64,000 nt of DNA from an uncultured virus (IMG/VR IMGVR_UViG_3300050509_000576). Lineage: Duplodnaviria; Heunggongvirae; Uroviricota; Caudoviricetes. The notes beneath the pieces were generated by a model that was given only the letters and a program-made list of their open reading frames with translations, did no database searches and had not been told where the DNA came from. Shown piece after piece: positions 58,540 through 64,000 of this stretch. Position 1 is the first letter of the stretch. Each line of letters opens with the position of its first letter. Both the position numbers and the translations under genes were made by a program. The stretch is from the IMG/VR virus record IMGVR_UViG_3300050509_000576. The stretch is one strand, 5' to 3'.

Positions 58540-58569
58540 TACCGCTACCCCCTCACCCTGGAGGTCCCC

Positions 58570-58833
58570 ATGTCCCCTGCACGCGCGTATCTCGGTAGCC
58601 TGGCCTTTCCCGCCGACCTGCTGGCGTGGGCGGAGGCCCAGCCGGAGGGCCTGCACCAACTCCTGCTCGACCTGCTGCGCCGCGAACAATGGTTGCGGGA
58701 GGAGGTCACCGGGGGCGATCCCCTGTGGGTGGACACCCTTCGCGCGCAGATCGCGGAGGCCTTCGCGGCTCTCCCTCTCCTTGCGGGGGAGATGCCTTTT
58801 CCCCCTGTGCCTGGAGGTCCCCATGCCCACTGA
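58570..58833 (+). CDS. Hypothetical protein
   Basis: GGAGGT RBS. Confidence 0.55.
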   Translation: MSPARAYLGSLAFPADLLAWAEAQPEGLHQLLLDLLRREQWLREEVTGGDPLWVDTLRAQIAEAFAALPLLAGEMPFPPVPGGPHAH

Positions 58834-59047
58834 TCGTATTCCGCTGGGCCCGCCCCCGCGAGCGCTCCATATGGTCGCCTGTGCGGCGGGCTCTTTCCGG
58901 CCCGGTGACCCCTTCGCGGTGCTCTGTGCCTCGCGTGGCCGTCGGCTGCACGGTACCCTGAGTCAGGCCATGGTCACCTGTCCGCGCTGTCTGGCGTTGC
59001 TGGCCGACCCACCGGCGCCGGCGCGCCCTTTACCCTGGAGGTCCTGA
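58823..59047 (+). CDS. Hypothetical zinc-binding protein
   Basis: GGAGGT RBS; VTCPRC. Confidence 0.55.
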   Translation: MPTDRIPLGPPPRALHMVACAAGSFRPGDPFAVLCASRGRRLHGTLSQAMVTCPRCLALLADPPAPARPLPWRS

Positions 59048-59451
59048 TGCCTTTTCGCCGTGAGCGCTATCCCCGTAACTGGGAGGAGGTCTCCCGCTTT
59101 ATTCGGTTCGAGCGTGCCGAGCACCGCTGTGAGTGCACCGGCCGTACGGCGACGCGCGTTCTCTGTGGCCTGCACTGTACCCATCCGGGCCCCCGGCGCT
59201 GCGTCGAGGTGAACCATACGCCCGCCCTCTGGGCCAGAGGCCGTATTATCTTGACCGTGGCCCATGTGTGCGACTGTGAACCCTTGTGTGCCGATCCGGC
59301 TCATCTCCTGGCGATGTGCCAACGGTGCCACATGAGGACAGATATTACTCTCCACAGCCACCATGCCGCTGAACATCGGCGTCTCCGGCGCCAACAGGCG
59401 GGACAACTCACGTTTCTGCCGGAGACGCCCCTCTACGGTCATCCTCACTAG
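59047..59451 (+). CDS. HNH-like nuclease
   Basis: YP.NW..S..IRF.RA..RCEC, LTVAH, L.A.CQRCH. Confidence 0.75.
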   Translation: MPFRRERYPRNWEEVSRFIRFERAEHRCECTGRTATRVLCGLHCTHPGPRRCVEVNHTPALWARGRIILTVAHVCDCEPLCADPAHLLAMCQRCHMRTDITLHSHHAAEHRRLRRQQAGQLTFLPETPLYGHPH

Positions 59452-59460
59452 GAGGTCCTG

Positions 59461-59700
59461 ATGCCCCCTGAGCTGCTGACCCAGTGCCGCGCGCTTCTGG
59501 CGGCCTACGCCGCTGCGACCTCGGCCCCGGAGCGCCTCACGCTCGGCGTGCGCCTGGCCCATCTGACACTCGTCCACGGTCCGGCCCTCGCCCGCCTGGC
59601 GCCGGAGACCTACGCCGCCGCCATCGCTATTACACGGGCCCCGGCCTATCCGCCGGAGCCGCAACTCGCGTTGTTTCCCGCGGCACCCTGGAGGCCCTGA
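59461..59700 (+). CDS. Hypothetical protein
   Basis: AGGAGGT RBS. Confidence 0.5.
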   Translation: MPPELLTQCRALLAAYAAATSAPERLTLGVRLAHLTLVHGPALARLAPETYAAAIAITRAPAYPPEPQLALFPAAPWRP

Positions 59701-59921
59701 TGCACACCACCCTGACCCTGACCCATCCGTCCGCCGCCTTCCCCGCGCTGCTCCAGCTGCTGACCGCCTGGCACGATAGCCAGCCCCCGGGCACCGTGCA
59801 GATGCGGATTGCTGCCGATGCTCCGGAGAGCGGGGTGCAGGACATGCGCGAGCTGCTGCAGCGCTTTGTCCCTCATGTCACGACGGTTCCCCCGCCCCCG
59901 GGAGGTGCCGATGGCCCGTAA
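59700..59921 (+). CDS. Hypothetical protein
   Basis: GGAGG RBS; TGATG coupling. Confidence 0.5.
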   Translation: MHTTLTLTHPSAAFPALLQLLTAWHDSQPPGTVQMRIAADAPESGVQDMRELLQRFVPHVTTVPPPPGGADGP

Positions 59922-60831
59922 GACGTCCTGATGACTGTGCCGCTCCTCCCCGAGACGCCGTCCGTGCCGTCGGGCGCATATGTTCAATGGGGCGAACGCA
60001 CACCGGCCCCCAATGCGGCGTGGCGTAGCCCCCTGTGGGCGGCCGCTTGGCCAGGGGGAAGGTAAGCATCGCCCCATCAATCGTCTCCTCCAAGGGGACT
60101 GCCTGCCTCGGCTGGCAGGGGAATTGGAGGTTGAGCCGCACAGGCTCAACAGGTGTTCAAGGCTTGCTCCGTCTTTGTGTAGGCTTTGTTCACTGTTTCT
60201 ACTAGGCATATCGCGGTATACTTTCTCTACGTCACGCTGCTTTGAGGCCGACGAGAAGGTGTCGCAGCCGAGACGTGCTCCTGTCACCGGGGGCACCGGG
60301 CAGGCTAAACGACCTTGAGCTACCAGGGACACCGAAACCTCCTTAATCCGCTGCCGTGCATGCGACGGCAGCCGGGGGCGTACTGTGCGTGTAGCGGATA
60401 GGTACCCCAGCCGTGAAGTGGTCAGCTACCCAGAGCATGCCACCACGAGGGCTGGAAATCTGCGCCTCAGGTTGCGGGAAGCCGCTGACCTTGAGGTAGC
60501 GGAGGATGTCACCAATCAGGTAACTGGTGAGCGAGCACGGCTCCTGCCAGATGAGGTGCGCCGTGAACAGCGCCTGGAGCGTCTCGACCCAGGCCTCGCT
60601 CATGCCGGCCCAGAAGAGGAGATTGGGCACCTGGGACGCTTCCGTGGCCATCTCGCCCCGCGTCTCCATAAACGGCGCGAGGACCGTCGGCATCTCCGCA
60701 AACGTCACGGAATCGTTCGCACGGATATAGGCGAGGAGGGCGGCGGCCGCGGGCGGCAACCCCTCGGCGGAGCGGTACGGCTCATACGGCGGCCCGGAGG
60801 GCGGTGTCTGTGTTCGGCCTCTCTTACCCAT
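59878..60831 (-). pseudogene. Hypothetical gene split by an IS-like element
   Basis: Removing 60078-60512 joins ..SYLI to DGAMLTFPLAKRPP.. in frame. Confidence 0.75.
60078..60512 (+). mobile_element. Non-autonomous IS200/IS605-like element
   Basis: Preceded by CCAT; left hairpin CTGCCTGCCTCGGCTGGCAG; right end GGAAGCCGCTGACCTTGAGGTAGCGGAGGATGTCAC. Confidence 0.75.
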
Positions 60832-61048
60832 GGGTCACCTTCCGTGTCTGGCGCAGTGTCTTACGCTGTGTCTTACGCTGATGCCGTATGAGATAGGTTT
60901 CAAGCGCCTCATGGACGATCTGTGTCGTAGACACAGGTGCTCCGTCGCCCTCGCGTTGTTTTTCGAGCACGCAGATCTGGAGTCTGGTGTAGAGATCGGT
61001 GGGCACCCGTATCGTCAGGCTACGGCTCGGCGCGCGGCGGGGTGCCAC
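60824..61048 (-). CDS. Ribbon-helix-helix-like regulator
   Basis: SLTIRVP.DLY.RL...S...IV.EALE.YL. Confidence 0.7.
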   Translation of the reverse strand: MAPRRAPSRSLTIRVPTDLYTRLQICVLEKQREGDGAPVSTTQIVHEALETYLIRHQRKTQRKTLRQTRKVTHG

Positions 61049-61049
61049 G

Positions 61050-61946
61050 CTATTTTACCCGCTGGAGTGGGATGGCATATTGACGTTTGAGCCACGGCTC
61101 CAGACACTGCGCCAATACTTCTACATGATAGCCATGTGCCGAGGGATAGGGTTTGCCGATCACCCCCATGTTGCGCATCGGGATACCTTTTTCCAGGCAA
61201 TAGCCGGTTAGATAGCGACCAAACTCCGGCCAGAGCTTTTCAGGAAACTGGCGCTCGAGCTTTTCTTGGTAGACATACTCGGCAATGGTAAACCAGTGCT
61301 GGTGTTGGATGGCCATCTCCGCTTTGACCTCGGCCCTCGCTGCCTGGATCTGGGCTTCGTGGGCGGCGAGCCGGGCCTGGGCGACGCCCTCGACCAGTTC
61401 GATAATGGCGCGCAGTTCCGGGAAGGCCGCCGCCGCACTCTGGCGTTGGAGATTCTCCTGGACCCCGAGGCCGGTCTGTTCCCGCGATTCCTGGTCGGCT
61501 TCCGCATAGGTCAGCTGTTCCTGGATATACGTCCACATCTTGCAGGCAAACTCGGTATCGCCTTTCGCTCCCGCCAGGAGCACATGGGGCCAGGCGACAA
61601 AATTGGCCTGCGATGTGTGCTTGTTGAGGCCAAAGTGATCTATAATGAACCTCCGGTCATTGTAACCGGAGGTTCCAATAGTCAGAAATTCAACGTCATA
61701 GCGCTTTAGGAGTTTGCCAAGCGTTGAGGTGTCGCCGTCTTCATAGCAGAGTCGGGCCAAATCGCGGGCGAGTATGACGCGGTGGCCCTCAAAACTGTCT
61801 TCGCGGTGCCAGCTGCGGTAGGTATAGCGCTGCGCTAGGGTCAGTAACTGCTGATTCCCGCGTTCCTTGGCCAGGGCGTGAATAAATGCCTGGATTGCGT
61901 CACGACGGCCATGCAGCACATCGCTGCGGAATTGTTCGAGATTCAT
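61050..61946 (-). CDS. Antirepressor-like protein
   Basis: LARDLARL.YE N-terminal part, coiled coil, W.TIAEY...G..L...C C-terminal part. Confidence 0.55.
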   Translation of the reverse strand: MNLEQFRSDVLHGRRDAIQAFIHALAKERGNQQLLTLAQRYTYRSWHREDSFEGHRVILARDLARLCYEDGDTSTLGKLLKRYDVEFLTIGTSGYNDRRFIIDHFGLNKHTSQANFVAWPHVLLAGAKGDTEFACKMWTYIQEQLTYAEADQESREQTGLGVQENLQRQSAAAAFPELRAIIELVEGVAQARLAAHEAQIQAARAEVKAEMAIQHQHWFTIAEYVYQEKLERQFPEKLWPEFGRYLTGYCLEKGIPMRNMGVIGKPYPSAHGYHVEVLAQCLEPWLKRQYAIPLQRVK

Positions 61947-62041
61947 GCGGAGTCCCTTTCGTAGTGGCTGCTTTGTCGCAGTTGCAGACTGCAGCCTAGA
62001 CCTGCAGGAGGTCGCGTAACCGTTCTTTGTCTGTGCCGTCT

Positions 62042-62308
62042 TCACCTCCGTCTTTGCCTCTTTTTCCCATGACACGCTCTGCACAGCGTTACGAGGGCCT
62101 GCATCGGCACCTCCCAGGGCATCACCCCGTACACGTACCAGCGATGATGCACCTGCAACTCCCTGTTCGTTGCCCCGCACTCTTGGCAGGCCCAGCGATC
62201 GCGAGCAAAAATCTCCAGCCGCCGCTTCTGCCAGCGCGGATCGCGCAGCAACTGCCGATAGGCCCGGCGCCTGGATGGGGGTGTGCGGCGCCGGGCCGTG
62301 CGACTCAT
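62042..62308 (-). CDS. Small HNH endonuclease
   Basis: L.DPRWQK.RLEIF.RD.W.CQ.CG..LQVHH..L.TLC..CH. Confidence 0.85.
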   Translation of the reverse strand: MSRTARRRTPPSRRRAYRQLLRDPRWQKRRLEIFARDRWACQECGATNRELQVHHRWYVYGVMPWEVPMQALVTLCRACHGKKRQRRR

Positions 62309-62620
62309 CTACTCCTCCTCGACGCCACCCTGTAACGCCCGACGCTCATGCGGTGTGAGCATCTCACTCAAGAAGCGTAGGCGATCCTCCGGCGTGACCT
62401 GGCGCCAAGAGCGATGGAGGGAGTCGAGCGGGGTCGGGCTCTCTGGCGCTCTTAGGGCCTCGTGGGGCACCTCCTGGGCGCGGCACCTTTCACAGCGATT
62501 CCCCGGCGTGCCGAAGAAAATACCGCCGCACTCGTAGCAGCGGACGCGCGGCAGGACCTGCGCTGGCACAAACGCCTGCGGCGTCCGGGAGGTGTGGGCA
62601 TCATGCCTGCGTGTGGCCAT
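62309..62620 (-). CDS. Hypothetical zinc-binding protein
   Basis: CYECG..CERC. Confidence 0.5.
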   Translation of the reverse strand: MATRRHDAHTSRTPQAFVPAQVLPRVRCYECGGIFFGTPGNRCERCRAQEVPHEALRAPESPTPLDSLHRSWRQVTPEDRLRFLSEMLTPHERRALQGGVEEE

Positions 62621-62637
62621 CGTGTTCCCTTTCTTCG

Positions 62638-62910
62638 CTAATTGCGCCGCAGCCACACGCTCAGCCGTGCCTGGGCGCCGTGCCAGAGTCCCTCCTGGGC
62701 ACGGCCGTGCACGAGGCGCTGGGCGCGGTCTGTGTGTTCCTCCCGGTGGCGCCAGGCACGCAGGAGCTGCAACGTCTCCGCTTTGGCCTGGGACGTCTGT
62801 CCCGGCATCGTGAGATACGGGGCGGCCCAGGGTTGCGTCACGACCTGCAGGGCCGTGCCGTCCTGGCGTTCGCGCGCGTGGATGAGCGTGCGGAGGGCGT
62901 CGTGGTTCAC
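62638..62910 (-). CDS. Hypothetical protein
   Basis: GAGGAG RBS, GTG start. Confidence 0.5.
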   Translation of the reverse strand: MNHDALRTLIHARERQDGTALQVVTQPWAAPYLTMPGQTSQAKAETLQLLRAWRHREEHTDRAQRLVHGRAQEGLWHGAQARLSVWLRRN

Positions 62911-63317
62911 AGCGGTCTCCTCGTAAGGATGCGTTCGATTGCTGGCATATCACGCGGGCGCCATTCATAGACTTCGACCCCAGGCACCGAATGCCGTAGG
63001 AGATCGAGCCAGATGGTTTGCTCGGGTGTCAGCTTGCCTTGCTGGCTTTTGAGTTCGGTAAAAATCAGACGTCCTGGCTTGACCAAGGTCAGATCCGGAA
63101 ATCCTACGTCTGATTTGCGACTATCAAAGACGTGGAACGTTTCAAAGGCATGGGCTTTGGCGAGCGTACGCACGCGCGCCAAGAGGACCCCCTCGGGCGT
63201 CTCAGGGTCCATGGTGCGTGCCTTGGCGGGCAGGGTCAGGGCCGGGTCGAGCGCCAGGCCGTGGCGCTGGGCGTGGGCAATGGCGTCGGCTTCGGTCCAC
63301 CGATCTGGCGGGCGCAT
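62907..63317 (-). CDS. VRR-NUC domain nuclease
   Basis: GFPDL.L, F.ELK...G.L..EQ..W, WRP.D. Confidence 0.85.
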   Translation of the reverse strand: MRPPDRWTEADAIAHAQRHGLALDPALTLPAKARTMDPETPEGVLLARVRTLAKAHAFETFHVFDSRKSDVGFPDLTLVKPGRLIFTELKSQQGKLTPEQTIWLDLLRHSVPGVEVYEWRPRDMPAIERILTRRPL

Positions 63318-63490
63318 GGGTCACTCCTCACAGGAGGCTCCTTGAGCGTAGAGCAAGCGGGGACAGTCGGCTGGAATCCTACGACTCTCGGGCGCGTGAG
63401 ACAACCCTAAAAAGCAGGACCATCCTGCCCTGGTGCAGCGGCTGCCGGACGAGGCGGTCGTCCGGCTCTGGCGCTTCGTGTGGTGGTGGG

Positions 63491-63697
63491 TCAGTCATCA
63501 GTCGTAACGGTGTCAGGGCAATCCGTGGGGGTGAGCAGGCCGGCCTCGATCTCGTCGGCGAGGCCGCGTAAGAGTGTCACCAGCCGGGCGGGGGTCCCCT
63601 GTACGTAGTCTTCATAGACGCGGGGCCACTGCGCCTGCGCGGCATCGTAGCGTTCGATACTGATTTCCAATCGACATCGCGGCGATGGACGGGCCAT
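63491..63697 (-). CDS. Hypothetical protein
   Basis: AAGGAGG RBS. Confidence 0.5.
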   Translation of the reverse strand: MARPSPRCRLEISIERYDAAQAQWPRVYEDYVQGTPARLVTLLRGLADEIEAGLLTPTDCPDTVTTDD

Positions 63698-63744
63698 CGT
63701 TCCTCCTTGTGGTGAGAGGGCGGCGTACGCCGCCCCGGTGGTGG

Positions 63745-64000
63745 TTAATCACCGAAACATACGCCGCCGCCTGCCGCCGTGTGGCACCAGTACGGCTTGC
63801 CGTTCTTCTTGCTGCGGCGCTGCTCTAGCGGTACGCCATGCCGGGCACAGAGGCGTTGCTCCGGCTCGGACGCCGTGCTCCTGGGCGTCGGGGCCGCCGG
63901 GTAGCGCGCCAGGACGCGCTCCAGTCGCGCCAGGACCTCGTCTTCTGCCACGCCGCGGAGGGTGAGCTGCACCTCGCGCCCGTCGATCGTCAGGCGCACA
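63745..64000 (-). CDS. Hypothetical protein, 5'-truncated by the window edge
   Basis: Q.TLRG..E and C..H...W.H...C motifs. Confidence 0.5.
   Translation of the reverse strand, partial: VRLTIDGREVQLTLRGVAEDEVLARLERVLARYPAAPTPRSTASEPEQRLCARHGVPLEQRRSKKNGKPYWCHTAAGGGVCFGD

Noticed and set aside
60078..60512. Group I intron / IStron interpretation
   Set aside because: No junction placement gives exon-terminal U with intron-terminal G, and no recognisable catalytic core
1..64000. Complete CRISPR-Cas locus, DGR/retron, integrase, terminase/portal, tRNA
   Set aside because: No cas1/2/3/5/6, reverse transcriptase, recombinase or packaging ATPase motifs and no tRNA recognised; some probably lie outside the window

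Overview
The window is most of the genome of a GC-rich, long-tailed (siphovirus-like) phage or prophage. It contains head genes (minor head protein, scaffold, major capsid), neck and tail genes, and a tape measure protein with an SLT domain. A tail tip and fibre are followed by a cluster of signal-peptide proteins and a mostly minus-strand early region (GH19 endolysin, putative recombinase, methyltransferase, replication initiator with iterons, repressors, VRR-NUC). No terminase, portal, integrase, cas1/2/3 or tnpA/tnpB is visible, and the host cannot be assigned. The striking content is a set of RNA-guide cassettes. (1) A stand-alone Cas7/RAMP-like gene (8218-8931) and a partner ORF are followed by about 30 non-coding units built from a CGCAGGC motif plus usually 8-12 G(G/A)C-NN pentamers; this resembles VIPR-type non-contiguous guides, and two cargo genes sit inside the array. 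(2) Two cas-less type I-E mini-CRISPR arrays carry spacers that encode synonymous variants of this phage's own gene starts, pointing to related phages as targets. (3) Three TnpB omegaRNA-like scaffolds occur without tnpB: one free-standing and two in non-autonomous IS200/IS605-like elements that interrupt genes. All family assignments come from motifs read by eye; no database search was run.
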